A stretch of 64,000 bases of DNA from Octopus vulgaris (lineage: Eukaryota), in assembly GCA_951406725.2 (NCBI GenBank), contig OX597821.1, positions 113,708,001 through 113,772,000 of the forward strand, written 5' to 3'. The notes beneath the pieces were generated by a model. It searched no databases. It saw nothing but the letters and a program-made list of their open reading frames with translations, and had not been told where the DNA came from. Position 1 is the first letter of the stretch, and every line of letters begins with the position of its first letter. Both the position numbers and the translations under genes were made by a program. This document shows, piece after piece, positions 40,309-54,447 of this stretch.

Positions 40309-41074
40309 AAACCCTACACACACACTCACACCACACACACATTCAAATTGTATTTTACTCACGAAACAAAATTTATCATTGAATAAAATGGGAGTAATGA
40401 TCAAGAAATTTCCAGGTTTGCTGATACGATCTCCTATTATTAACTCCTTTGATATAATCCAATGACATTTTGATTATAATATACTTCACTGCTCTTACCG
40501 AAAGCGCGATAAACTGGTGTACAGAGTTTATGTCGCAGTGTAGGACGCAGAACTGATTTTCGTTTACTTCACTTCTCTTTCTTTTTTTTCAACGCCTTTG
40601 CTAAGGTGCTACACTGCAACTATTTAGTACATCTCACATACATTTATGATTTGTAGCGATGCAAAAGCCCTCTAACATATTTTGTTCCTAGATTTAAAAT
40701 AATTTTTAAAAAAAATAAACCACATCGCGTTCCATGTTATAGAATTATATTACAAATTAGATATGACTAAATATGTCGTCCAAATATAAAACTAAAGTTA
40801 CTTTTCGGGCTGCACAGGGTTTTTATTGCCAACTTCCTTGTATTCACCGTAAGAAATTAAAGCAGTTCTCACAAATCAACGTGTGTACTTATTCCTAGCC
40901 ACCTTACCTCCAAGAAATCGCAGCCAAATATTCTTTAAATCATAAACTACCATATTATTAAGCATAGGATACTCTCAGTTTTGAAGTGCTAGATACACTA
41001 CGTCTGAAAATAAGATGAGTTGGCCACGACTGGAACACATATTTAATCATATATCTGCTTGGGTGTTACACAAT

Positions 41075-41470
41075 GACCCACCACAAGGTCCAGTTCTTGT
41101 TGCAGTGTGGTGGCTTGCGGGTTTCAATGACTCAAGTTATATATCAGCAGAACCCAAGCTTCTGGGTCAAAGGTCAGTGGCCAGACTAATCTAGACCACC
41201 TCTTCTTGGAGGTCAAAGTGAGTTTGCATAGGGCCAACACCCTTACCTTGGAAATAGCAAAGCTGCAGAAGCATGGATGACGATTGAAAACCAATAAGAT
41301 CTGGATGAGGAAGGCCTTCCCTCAGGGAATCATATGAAGTGGGATACGAAGTTAGAGCTGAAAAAGCTGGGATCTAACTGGAGGGAAGCAGAAAAGACAA
41401 CCCAAATTCGAGAAGAATGAAGAAAAGTTGTCGATGGCCTCTGATCCGTACGGAGCGAAGGGCTTAAATT
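41075..41470 (+). mobile_element. Internally deleted or degenerate RTE element
   Basis: 3' part encodes ELKKLGSNWREAEKTTQIREE*RKVVDGL*SVRSEGL, the RTE C-terminal W..A...R..W...V.GL pattern, directly joined to a 5'UTR-like segment. Confidence 0.5.
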
Positions 41471-41623
41471 TAAGGGTTACATAATGACGTGTATCCGATC
41501 ATAAGTCTCTTTTGGGGCTACACAATAAAAATAATATCATTGCCAGAGCTTTAATGGAAAGATATGCAAAGACTCTGATGAAAGAAAGTTGGTGCAAAAT
41601 AATATACAATATTGTATAATTAC

Positions 41624-41677
41624 CTCTCTTCCTGGATCACCAATTCGTCCTGGATCGCCTGACATTCCTTTAGGTCC
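41624..41677 (-). CDS. Collagen triple-helix exon (54 bp, phase 0): GPKGMSGDPGRIGDPGRE
   Basis: ttccAG|GGACCTAAA...GGAAGAGAG|GTaatt; six Gly-X-Y triplets. Confidence 0.93.
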
Positions 41678-43144
41678 CTGGAACAGAAATTATACGAAAA
41701 TTGCATATAATATATATTTTTGGTCAAATGTCTCTGTATAATTTTTGTATATTTTATTTGTATCAATCAGAGGACTGCAGCCATTCTAGGGCACCGCCTA
41801 GAAGGGTATGGCTGTACAGATCGCCCCTAATGCTTATTTTCAAGTCTGATACTTATTCTATCGGTCCTTTTTGCTAAACCGCTAAATAATAGGGATGTAA
41901 ACAAACCAATACCAGTTGTTAAGCGGTAGAGAGGGACAAACACAAACACACACATAATGTATATATACGAATAGATATTCATACAAACATGCATATATAT
42001 ACACATACATACATAAACACACACATAAATACACGACGAGATTCAACACCGTTTTCATTTACCATATCCCCTTACAAGGCCGCGCAGTTGGATTGAACTC
42101 CAGACCACGTAGTTACAAAGCGATATTAAGAAATAATGAATTAATATCCTTTAATGATATTACAGACGTATGCAACTCCATTCTATATCTGTAATATGGA
42201 ATTAATCTCTTATTTTATTATATTTCTTATCGTTTTAAGGCGATGATCTGGCAGAATCGTTAGCTCACTCGGCAAAATGCTTAAGCAGCATTTCGCCCGT
42301 CTTTACGTTCTGAGTTCAAATCCCGCCGAGGTCGACCTTCCCTTTCCTCCTTTCAGAGTCGATGAAATAAGCACCAGTTGAGGACTGAAATCGACTAGCT
42401 CCATCTCACTTAAGTTCTGTGCCTATAGTAGAAAGGGTATTTCTTATCGTTGTAATCCCAATTTACTTCAAGTCATTGAATCGTTAATATAATGTAACAT
42501 ATGAATAAACAGACGCCTGCAGATGGTTAGTTCTCCGTCGGTTTCGACGACGATTCAGTTGTTCGATTAACTGTATTACTTGCTCATTGAACCAGCGTCT
42601 AAGTGGCTGAGTATTCCATAGACACGTGTGTCCGTAACTTAATTCTCAGGCAGAATCAGCATAATACAGTATGAAAAAAATGTGCCTTTTTGATGTACAG
42701 ATGCAATCCACTTGATAGGCTTCTCTATAGTTTCCATTTACTCAATTTCACTTTCAGGATATGGGACATCCCAAGGTTATAGACATTTATATAGACATAT
42801 ATAACGATATTTACTCAAGATAACACACAATGGAATTCAACCTGAGCAGCGTACTGTGCCGAAATTTACACATTTACATGCATACATACATCTGGACGGT
42901 CGCACCGATGATCTACGGACATTTATGTAAGTAAAATTACGTAATATGTTAATAGTGAAACATGTACGCGAATAATCCATATTTCTATTGCTTTTTCTTT
43001 TGTCTTGCTCGATTACGTCTTGGTTGTTTTGTTAAATTTTTCTTGGGAACATTTTTTAGTGGTAAGACCATAGCTGATCTATTTCTAGCATAAGGGTGTC
43101 CACATTGTGGTTTCCCTCTAATATGTATATATATATATATACAT

Positions 43145-43549
43145 CAGGGACGTGCCACCTAGGTAGGCAAGGTAGGCACTGCCTACCTTGAATAAAATAG
43201 ATCGATGGCAACATTTTCATCTAATGGCAAAATATGCAGCTAATTCAATAAAATTATGAAGGTTACTCTGATTACTATGCATAAAAGGCAAAATGTTTTA
43301 TTGTTTTGTAGATTAAGTAGACATAATTCGTCCCTGCTTTTCAATCTCAGTATTTAAGCTACGCATAGTACTGCTGTAGTACACATGCTGCGTACACTCC
43401 TACAACACCGTTTTCTTTACTTGCTATAAAGGCAGAAGTAAATCTACCTTCAACTCAGTTGCACGCCTGTATTTTGCTTATTTTTTGTGTTTTACTACAT
43501 AAAGGTCACCAACTGCTTACTCTGAGTAATTACTGACGACACGTGCCTG
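43145..43549. mobile_element. hAT-like MITE
   Basis: TIRs CAGGGACGTGCC / GACACGTGCCTG; 8-bp flanks atatacat / atatgtat match 6/8. Confidence 0.6.
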
Positions 43550-43718
43550 ATATGTATGTGTGTATATATAATCGAACTTTTTGTTATTTGTGTATAGCAT
43601 GTGTATATGTATGTATAATTGTATATCTAGAATGTGTGTATGATGTATGTATCACTATATATGTATATAGGTATGTATATAGGAGTGTGCATATATTCGA
43701 GAAAAAAGCATACTGTAC

Positions 43719-43772
43719 CATGTCTCCTTTGGGTCCTACAGAACCTCGCAGTCCCGGACGTCCAGGTGGTCC
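43719..43772 (-). CDS. Collagen triple-helix exon (54 bp, phase 0): GPPGRPGLRGSVGPKGDM
   Basis: Minus strand reads tcttacAG|GGACCACCT...GGAGACATG|GTacag: six perfect Gly-X-Y triplets, AG/GT borders, classic 54-bp collagen exon size. Confidence 0.93.
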
Positions 43773-44199
43773 CTGTAAGACAGATATAACATTTCGTTAT
43801 TTACGGACAAAAACATTTCATTTCATTAAAACTAAGAAATAACACTGTATTTACTTACAAACAACATTACGTTTTACTAAAACGAAATCTAACATTTAAA
43901 ATAGATATAGGTACCAATTAAAGACGAAAATATAATTGAAGAGATTTGAATTATATCGGTGCAATTATTTTGACTAAGCAAATAATATTTTGTTGTGGAA
44001 TACAACGGAAACAATATTTACATCTTAGTTTCAGGTAACATTAGTATTGACTCTACGGCGATAATCCGCCAGTATTTATGTCATATATCAGAGAAAGTAT
44101 GAAATTAATTCGACATAGTGGAAACTTTAAGGGACTAACATGACAATATAGTAATTTATTGATTTATTATATAGTTATATAATTCAATTTCAGTCTCTC

Positions 44200-44700
44200 A
44201 GTAACCAGCCCCAGTGGCAAATATCTTCAAACTAATTAGGAGATTTTACAACATAGATACTACCAAATTATCAACAGATATACAGTTAAGCTGTCATTCT
44301 CAACCACTCGTAACCTCGCGTAAATCTTAACTTCCTCGAAATTCTCTAATTTGAATTAACTTTACATAAAAGCAGCCGTTGGAAACTGCAGCTGTCGCAT
44401 CGTGAATACATGTCCACTTAACTCCAAATGCCTAGCAAAAACATAGTTTACAAAGATTAAACCGTCAAACGTACAAGACGTCTATAAACTTAATCTTCCT
44501 ACAACGCTACTACCAGCACAACTATACGTTTCGAAACCATATCAGTATATATGACACGGGGTTTACTAAGCTACATCTGGGACAGGAACTCCAAAACGAT
44601 CTAAAATGGGACACATTACATAAGGTATACAGGTAAGAAGAAACCATGCAACCTATGTGCTGCTGAAAATGAACAGCTCCTGGTTTAGAAGATAACACTC
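44200..44700 (+). pseudogene. Penelope-like element GIY-YIG endonuclease region, decayed
   Basis: Fragments in order: HRYYQIINRYTVKLSFSTTRNL, GNCSCRIVNTCPL, CLAK(N)IVYK, YYQHNYTFRN, SYIWD, LKWDTL, PCNLCAAE. These match the PLE N.VK.SYSC / CNCR..CPL..CL..VVY / CNLC..EK series. Confidence 0.75.
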
Positions 44701-45229
44701 GACAAATACTTTTAGAGTATTATCTCCTGAATACATAATATATTAAAATCCTACATAACTCTAGATATTTAACGCTTCGCCTAACGAGGTAACGCTACCA
44801 ACACAAGTATAGTATATACTTTCTCCAGCAACCTGAGAACCGTGTCAACAACACCGGACCTTAACACATTCCATATCCAGACACGCCTCATCAGAACTGA
44901 AGATAATTACTAAATGCGAGAGGAAATCCCTAAATTATTCTTAAGTAACAAGCTATTTCACTTCAGAATAAGTATGCGTATATGTGCATGATTGTGTGTG
45001 TGCATGCATCATGTGCGTGTGTATGTGTGAGTATATATATATATATACCTTATAAATTAAAATTAATATTTAACATTATAGTCGATTTGGATATAATCAT
45101 AATTGTTAAGTTCTATGTCTCTAGTTTGATAATAGAGTTTATTATAAGTAAAATTATTATATTATATATATTATTTATATCTTTAAAATATTGTTTAAAT
45201 ATTTCTGATTATATTTTAGATATTTCAAT

Positions 45230-45292
45230 CACCTGAAGAATGACTGTAACTCGAATTTTTACGAATTGGACAGCCATGAAACGATCGTAGTG
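45230..45292 (+). ncRNA. Minimal type-I hammerhead ribozyme motif
   Basis: CAC-CUGAAGA-AUGACUGU...ACAGCCAU-GAAA-CGAUCG-UA|GUG; lies about 550 bp downstream of the Penelope GIY-YIG remnant on the same strand. Confidence 0.72.
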
Positions 45293-45873
45293 TTATACTA
45301 ATTATCTTTTTTTAATAATTTTGATATATATTTAAAATAATATAAATTAATTAATCTTATGTATTGGCTTAAGTTTTTCATTATATGATTTGCCTAATAG
45401 TGGTTTTATCTCTAATTTAATATAATATATATATATACTATAATAAATCTCGGAGCGAGATGCAAACAGTAGCAATACAGAATCGTAACATATAATTGCC
45501 TACCGAGTGTGGTGTCCTATACGGCACAGTGCTACTGACGTTTATAACCCCAGAGATTTAATATAGCTTATTTCTCCTTTTTCGAGATCAGCGACGGTTC
45601 GTCACTGGAAAAAGCATACAGTATTTTGCGAGTGGGGTGAGTTTTCATCACTAGCTGGTGATTAACACATGCTGAGGACAGGTAACCACCCAGAAACTTG
45701 AGTCCATGTGTAATCAGATAAGGCTAGGGATGTGAGTAATGACCTCCCCTTGTAATTACTAATCGGACACAGAATGTGTGTTGTTAGCCAGCTGGAAGAG
45801 ATGTCTTCCTCGAGATATAAATGCCAGTAGCACTGTCCCGTATAGGGTGCCACATTAGGTTGCAATTATATAT

Positions 45874-45955
<82 letters not shown>

Positions 45956-46247
45956 CACATTATATTTGTGTATGCATACGTGCAAACACACACAAACACA
46001 TGTCGGCTTGACTTTGTCAGTGTGAATGTGTGCATCTAGATGTATATGATTGTGGACGAATGAACAGATGTGATGTGTGAGTAGGTGTAAGAAGCTTTAT
46101 GCCTTTCCATTCTGCGTATAAGCGCATAATTATTTGAATGTCGTTTTGCGCATATAATTGCATGAAAGAACTTGGAAGTGAATCTAAATTATACAAGTAC
46201 ATATATAGGTTTGTTTCTACCTACGTCTCCCTTCACCTTTCATTATA

Positions 46248-46306
<59 letters not shown>

Positions 46307-46616
46307 AAGACAGTAGGGAATATAATTTTTGCATGACTTAATGGAATGGTCGCTGTTTAGTTATGTATTTTGGAGTTTGTTGTAATTTACTTATTGAATT
46401 TATTTACCGATACGGTTGTACAGAAGGGAAATGTGTCTGAAAGTTGTTCCCAAATAACACTTATTTTAGTGATGTTGACACCGCGGGATTGAATGGTACA
46501 GCCCAGGTGTCGAAGCCATAATGATATCCGTAGGGGCAGCTGATGCTGGACGTATGTTGGATTGTTGGTATGGCTGTTTTTGTATATGTGGAATAGTATT
46601 ATAACACATCCTTTTG

Positions 46617-46647
<31 letters not shown>

Positions 46648-47447
46648 GGTTATGTATATGCATATGTATATATGCATGTATGTATGTATGTATGTATGTG
46701 AGTAATTATGTATATCCCTTCATCTCTGAGTATGGTTCTGTTTTGTCAATTAATATATGTTGATACGTGTATGCATGCGTGCATGTTTTCATATATATAC
46801 GTATATGAATTATGTACGAGTGTGTGTACATATATACACGCTAAAACAGAAGGGGACGGGAACGCACACGTGCACACTCACACTTTTAATCACCCGCTCA
46901 GTCACTGACCCAAAATTACTTTTCCTCCACGTAGCCGTCTATAAATAGGTTGATATAAAAAAAAAAACTCATTAATAATTAGGAGGCGAAAACAGTAGTT
47001 AGAACTACACCAACACAACGCGAAATAAATTCAATTAAGTCAGCATTTAATTTATAACGACAATGGCTCTTATAATTAACAGTCACTCTGGAATAGTCCC
47101 TATAAATAGTCAGCAGCCTTGAAGCATCTCCCCTGTTGAAACCCGTAAAGAATTGGTTATATATACATCACTAAAGTACCGGTGATTAACGAGGCTCAAT
47201 AAAACCAAATCCTTTCTGATGCTGAAGGTCTATCTTGGTTTCGAATCTTGGCTCAAGGCCAGCAATTTTGAGGGATGAGTAAGTTGATTATATCGACTCC
47301 AGTACGCAACTGGTACTTATTTAATCGACCCTGAAGGGATGAAAGGCAAACTCAGCTTCATAGGATTTTGAACTCAAAACGCAAGGACAGACGAAATGCC
47401 GCTAAGCGTTTTTCCCGGACTGCTAACGTTTCTGCCAGCTCACCGCC

Positions 47448-47507
<60 letters not shown>

Positions 47508-48761
47508 GTAATAATAACAATAATAATAATAATAATAATAATCCTTTCTACTATAGGCACAAGGCCTGGATTTTTGTGGGGAGGGGGACAACCAATCATA
47601 TTGATCCCAGAGCTTCACTGGTACCTAATTTATTGGCCCTGAGAGGATGAAAGGCAAAGTCGACCACGGCAGAATTTGAACTCAGATCGTAAGGACGAAC
47701 GAAATGCCGCTAAGCATTTTCCACTGCCTTCTAACGTTTCGGCCAGCACGCCGCCTTCTAAAGGTTTGATATTAATTATGTTTTAAAGATAAACGCAAGA
47801 AAGGCAATTAGCTGGTGGAATAGGTAGCACGCCAGTGGAAATGCTTAATGGTGTTTCGTATGTCTTTGTGTTTTGAGTTCAAATTCCGCCGAGGTAGACT
47901 TTGCTTTTCGTCCTTTCGGAATCGATAAAATATGTACCGGCTGAGCATTTACTTCTTCCCGCAAATTTGCTGGCCTTGTACCAAAATTTGAAAACATTTT
48001 TACAACTTCCCGAATAGCATTTTAAGAGCTTTACTTTTGGAAATCGAGCATAAATCACGATCGAAGCGAATTCTTTCTCAGTTTACATTCTTTAAGACTC
48101 AGACATTCTTTTCGGGTGGATGTTTTTATATTCTCTACTAAAATTCATTTAAACACAATGAAATCTTAACCGAAACTCAATATGAATCTGGTTCCTTGTT
48201 TTCGTTAAGAAAGAAAATTACATATACATAAAAACGAATGATTGGAAAATAATATAAAAAGTTTTTCTAAGATACATAATTAAAATAATTAGCATAATTT
48301 ATTCATACATTCATTCATCCATCTCTCTCTCTATATATAAACTTTACTCCCATTGTGTTTATCTTTTATCGGATGTCAATGTCACAAGAAGGAAGCAAGG
48401 GTGGTTTCCAACCGACATTACGGTAACTGTGTATTCTTGTTCTCCTCAAGGAATTCCACCTGGTTCTAACCTAACCCAGTCAGCAGGGAACCGATTCGCC
48501 TTCCTTCTTTCTTTCTTCATCTCCCGACCACTAGGCTCCCAACCTCTCTCTCTTACACCCCCCACTCCATGCAGCTTATTGAAACACTAGTACGTCGGGT
48601 GTCTGATTTCCGCAACGTTATTCCAAGCTGTGTATCTTGTGTTCATTCAACTTATTTTGGTCAGATTTTTAAGTGTTTACATTTAAAAATGATCTTAGTT
48701 TTCACTGTTTCTTTTCCTATTAATAACATTTTAAGGCGTTCGTCAATACATTACATGCATA

Positions 48762-48798
<37 letters not shown>

Positions 48799-49122
48799 GT
48801 CATCGTCATCGTCATCATCATCATCCTCATTTTCATCATCATCACTACCACCACCACCACCACCATTTTCATCATCATCATCGTCACCACCACCATCACC
48901 AACATCATCATCATCATCATCATCATCATCAGCATCATCACCACCACAGCATCTCATCATCATCACCATCGTCATCATCTTCATCATTACTACCACCATC
49001 ATCACCAACATCATCATCGTCATCTTCATCGTCATCATCATCATCATCATCATCATCAACATCATCATCATCCACAACATCATCATCATCTTCACCACCA
49101 CCACCACCACCACCTTCATCAT
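48762..49122. repeat. (CAT)n/(CAC)n microsatellite
   Basis: Direct reading. Confidence 0.92.
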
Positions 49123-49580
49123 CAAAATCATTATAATTGTCACGTGAATATATAGAATTACGTGCTTTGACTATAGGATTAGAGCATTTTAGCTCTTATT
49201 TCTAGCAATGTAGATGTTTCTAACACCATGGTCAGATTTAGTGACCACTATAATTCTCCTTTTAGGCGGCGCTCTGGCAGAAACGTTTGCTTAGCGCTAT
49301 TTCGTCTGCCGCTACGTTTTGAGTTTAAATTCCGCCGAGATAGACTTTGCCTTTCCTCCTTTCGGGGTCGATAAATTAAGTACCAGCTGCGTACTGGGTT
49401 CGATCTAATCTACTGGCCCTTGCCCCAAAAATGTCGGGCCTTGTGCCTAGAATAGAAAAGGAATTATAATTCTTCTTTTTTTGGTGAAGCATTGCAACTG
49501 GTGTTTATATTAATTTTATGTTTAAATCCATTGATTTAGATGACGAAAGCGAGTCCGAAAAGAAACAAAGTTCGAGCCAG

Positions 49581-49631
49581 TCCTAACTGATGATGCAACG
49601 GAAATTGCTGAAACTGACGTCAGTTTTAGGA
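49581..49631 (+). ncRNA. Type-I hammerhead ribozyme motif in a tandem repeat
   Basis: UCCUAA-CUGAUGA-UGCAA(CGGAAA)UUGCU-GAA-ACUGACGUCAGU-U|UUAGGA: 6-bp stem I, palindromic stem III, U.U at the first stem II position. Confidence 0.68.
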
Positions 49632-50468
49632 ATTCTCGATCGACATTTTTAGTGTATATGTATACAATTATGTGCTTTGACTACACCATTAGAGCATTTA
49701 GCTCTTATTTCTAGCAATGTAGGTGTTTCCTAACACCCTAGTCACATTTAGTGACATTTGTAATTCTCTTTTATGGTAAATATTGCAAACTGCTGTCTAT
49801 ATTAATTTTGTATACATACACACACACACGCCCCCCCCCCCCCATATATATATATATGTTATGACAGGCTTCTTTCAGTTTCCGTCTACCAAACCCACTC
49901 ACAAGGCATTAGTCGACCCGAGGATATAGTAGAAGGCACTTACTCAAGATACTACGCCGTGGGATACAACCTGGAATCATATGGTTGGGAAGCAAACTTC
50001 TTACGACACAGCCATTGTACCTGGATTAATCATACTGTCCATCAAACGGCGGCCCGTGGTCGATTGGAGATAACTTATGTTTTCTATATAAACGTCTTTC
50101 TTTCATGCTCTTCATATCTGTTCTTACTTTGTTTCGAGGACTTTCCAGACAATTCTTACTGAACCTGGGAAGCATATTGTCTGCCCTAAACCTATTTACA
50201 GATTAAATTTATCTTCAAACATTATTGGCAGAACCGGTAGAAAGTCGTAAAAATGCTTTGCGGAGTTTCGACCCGCTCTTTACGTTCCGAGTTCAAACCT
50301 GCCGAGATTTACTTTATCTTTCATCCATCATTAAGTACCTGTCAAGTATTGGGGTCGACAGTACTTACTGATTCCCTCTCGTCAAAATTGCTGGCTTTGT
50401 GCCAAAACTAAAAAACAAAACAATAGGCAGTGAATTGGAAAAATGATTTGTCATATTTCTTCTTAATC

Positions 50469-51005
50469 AGAATAGGCAGTGTGAATGCACATGATCTGAG
50501 GTCGCTTTGGAAGCAAACCCACCTACACAACGACCTGAGATAACTTGGCATAGATGTCGTCGCCATCAACGAAACCAGAGTTTTGGAAATGCTAGCTGTT
50601 ATATTCATCTTCGGCTTTTACTAGGCGTACTCATCTTCAAGTTGATTTGGAGCAGAGGACAGAGGCCTCTGTGTTTTCAAAAGGTCTGAATCACGCGATA
50701 TGAATAGTCTTCCTGGACCAGCAGCGAAGGTTATGCCTGCTGACCAGTGGCTGTCCACGTTCCGACAAGGGTGGAGCAGCCAGATTTCGTTAGATGTTTT
50801 GAGTCTTTGGTGAAAACGACTCTAAATCTCCTACTAGCTCTATAGTACGAACGGGAGACAGAAACGGTATCTTGTAATGCATGATGGGATTGTAAAAGCT
50901 TCACTTCCATTCAGACGTTTCCAACTGTCTGTCAGGTACCGAATCGATTTCCCGAATGTGCCATTGGAGATATAGACTACCTGCATCGCATCTAGAAAAG
51001 ATCGT
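50469..51005 (+). pseudogene. Decayed APE endonuclease of a Tx1/L1-like LINE
   Basis: RIGSVNAHDLRSLWKQTHLHNDLR*LGIDVVAINETR, then VFLDQQRRLCLL, EQPDFVRCFESL, RYRIDFPNVP and SHLEK, in APE motif order. Confidence 0.65.
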
Positions 51006-52763
51006 ATTTCGGTAGACTCTACCGAGTAGATTATTCTAATGGCCAAGAGATTGGCACAGCGTAGGTTGTTCACGCTATTTTGAGCCTAACCACGAAGTGG
51101 TGATCTGTGCGGTCAACCTAGATAGGCTTACAGAGACCAAATTAGCGAATGAGTTTAGCGGACGTTAAAAGGGGTCATAGTTAACAATAAACGGTGGTTC
51201 GTCTTCAAGAATATGACTAGAACAGAATGAATAAAGTTTAGTAATAGAAATAGAGAAAACTAGATTAGATTTAGTTAGAAACTTAGAAGGAGGCATTTAA
51301 GAGAGATGTCATGACCGATATGTTTGAATCGAGATTAAACTATCGACTAAATCTTCAACGAGAAGCATGAAGGTTGCCTTGTTTGTTCTATGAGTTAGTA
51401 TAAAGGAAATATGCAATAAAATAAAGTAGTGTATGGAACGCAATAGAAACGAATGAGTATGAAGAAAAGTGGACAAGCTAACAGATATTTAATTCTTTAA
51501 TTCTCATTGATAAAGACAGAGAAGGGGAAGATTATTAAGTGAACTGTAACGAAGAAGTACATTAAGAAAGTGAAGTGGCATATATAAATGTCAAATTGTA
51601 TTGATCAATCATTTAGAGTTAGAAACGGGAAGTTAAAAGAGATGTAGATCAGACAGAGCAATTACAAAGAGAAATCTACTTGAGTAGAGATAATATCTTA
51701 AGAAGATATCAAAGTACAAAGCTTCAGTTACAGATGGAGTTCAAGGTTTTTGGTTCTTAAACTTCCATTAAATACTCGAAAAAGATATATTATTAAGTAC
51801 AACTGGATTTGATAATCTATTGTTACAGAAAGGGGAACGAGGCAAATAATTTTAAGCTTGTTACGTGTTTAGTGCTGATGTGGAGTTTACTGACAAGTTT
51901 GATAAATGGTGAGACCTAGTTTTTCATTGGAATTAAATAGGTTATTCCCGAGGAACAAAGGAGATGCTTAACTGATACAACTGAACATAGACGACTTTAT
52001 ATCATTGATAACCGATTTATTTTTCATGCATGGCCTCAAACTTTTCTAAAAAAATTAAGAACGAATAGAATTTCTCGAAAGAATTTGGAAGCAGTCTCTG
52101 GAAAGACAGTGGAATTCAAAACGAATTATAAAGCAGTAATAAAGGAGATACCAATAACAGATTAGCATTAGACGCTATTAGGAGAGATCATATTTGAAGG
52201 GAGATTGATAGAAGCTACCAAGATAATGTTGCATATGTGGTGAGAACATCGTTCTTTTAGCGAGTGAAAAAACCAAGAACGACAAAAGAGAAAAGGGAAT
52301 AAATGTTAAATGTAGAGGACCATTATTTAATAACTATAACAAATTATCAGAGTGAAAATATTACCTTAAGATAAAGCGTTTCAATATTTGCAATAAACAT
52401 ATGCTACTATTTTCTAAATTTTATCAACAAAATCGCAGTCTATACCAGCTAAAATCTATCTCTGAAAAATTGGAACTCTTTCCAGTAAGCACTCGGTCAT
52501 TCACCTCCTCCTCCGTCTCCCTCCCCCTCCCCTCTTCCTCCTCCTCCCCTCTTCCTCCTCCATTCTTTCTGTCTCTGGGATTCGTAATGTGTGTATCGTT
52601 CCTTTACTCGTTGTTCCTTTACTCATGCGTATCCTTCCTTTACTCATTGCCTGCCACCAAGCCCAGTATGCGCACTCATTCTGCACCTCACAACTCTTTT
52701 TATATCTCCCTTTTATTCTCTCCCCGCCTCTTTCTATACGATGTAAAGCGTGGCTGGAGAATC

Positions 52764-52977
52764 CAACAACCAACCAACCAACCAACCAACCAACCAACCA
52801 ACCAACCAACCAACCATCCATCCATCCAACCAACCAACCAACCAACCAACCAACCAACCAGCCAACCAACCAACCAACCAACCATCCATCCATCCAACCA
52901 ACCAACCATCCAAGCAACCGACTAACCAACCAGCCAACCAACCAACCAACCAACCAACCAACCTGCCAACCAGCCAA
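52764..52977. repeat. (CCAA)n microsatellite
   Basis: Direct reading. Confidence 0.92.
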
Positions 52978-53345
52978 ACAACATTTATATCGGCCATTAT
53001 AATATAGTGATAGGCAGATACTGAAAATGACTATTCTAGAATCACCAGAGATTTCTCAGAAAATACTGACCAAATAATAGGGACAAACAGATATGGCCAT
53101 ATTTTGCCTAGTCGTAGAGTTTTGTTCTTTCAAATCTCAGAAGACGAAGACGAAGCAAAATAATGAAAATGAAAGACTGAGCAACGATTGAACATGGCTT
53201 CGTTACAGAAAACTGTCGTCTGGTAATTCGTAGGAATTCTGGGATACCTTCGGACGTCGAAGAGACTTGTTGCTAAAGGACATGGAAGAGCACCGTAGAA
53301 GACCAATCCCCTTGACGTTACAGACAATGCAAAAAGAATAAAAGC

Positions 53346-53389
53346 AACTACTACTACTACTACTACCACTACCACCACCACCACCAACT

Positions 53390-53428
<39 letters not shown>

Positions 53429-53567
53429 TCATCACCAACACTACTACTACTACTACCACCACCATCATCACCAACACTACTACTACTACTTCCACCACCA
53501 ACAACAACACCAACTCTACTACTACTACTACTACTACTAATACCACCACCACCACCACCACCACCAA

Positions 53568-53611
<44 letters not shown>

Positions 53612-53612
53612 A

Positions 53613-53680
<68 letters not shown>
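53346..53680. repeat. (TAC)n/(CAC)n microsatellite
   Basis: Direct reading. Confidence 0.92.
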
Positions 53681-53835
53681 TATTTCGCCATATGTAAATA
53701 TATTCTTAACAAATATCTAACAAGTTCGTTGCGTCTGGTTTTGATGTTTTGGGGCAAAATGTATAAAAGACGGCTGTTTCCAGCTATCCACTGTGTTTAA
53801 CAGTGTTTCGTATATATATATGTATATAAATATAT

Positions 53836-53942
<107 letters not shown>

Positions 53943-53943
53943 C

Positions 53944-54001
<58 letters not shown>

Positions 54002-54243
54002 GCCGTGCTGACTGAAATGTATAGATTAACACATTAAATATTATTCTACATGAATGCATAAAAACATTCGAATTCTTATCACCTCCTCCATAGCAACGTT
54101 CATTGAGTGCAAATGCGCATGCGTGCGTATGCTTGTGTGCGTGTTTCTGATTGCTACAGTTTTAAGAATGATTTCATGTGTGAGCCTATATAAGATGGTT
54201 ATGTAGGTATCACTCTGTCGTTTATACACATATACATACACAC

Positions 54244-54348
<105 letters not shown>

Positions 54349-54447
54349 TATATATATATATATATAATATATATATATATGTATATATATGTATATATGC
54401 ATATAGATGTGTGTGTGTATACATATGTACATACGTATGTATGTATA

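Noticed and set aside
42900-42955. ccgatga...gtaaaattacgtaa hammerhead-like remnant
   Set aside because: Both core strands are mutated, so it cannot be supported as a ribozyme.
44860-44900. Isolated CUGAUGA heptamers (here on the minus strand; also near 26850, 29650, 41575, 57150, 59880)
   Set aside because: No matching stem II plus GAAA plus NUH arrangement was found.
51100-52300. Purine-skewed tract that may be an ancient LINE
   Set aside because: No unambiguous RT motif is recoverable by eye.
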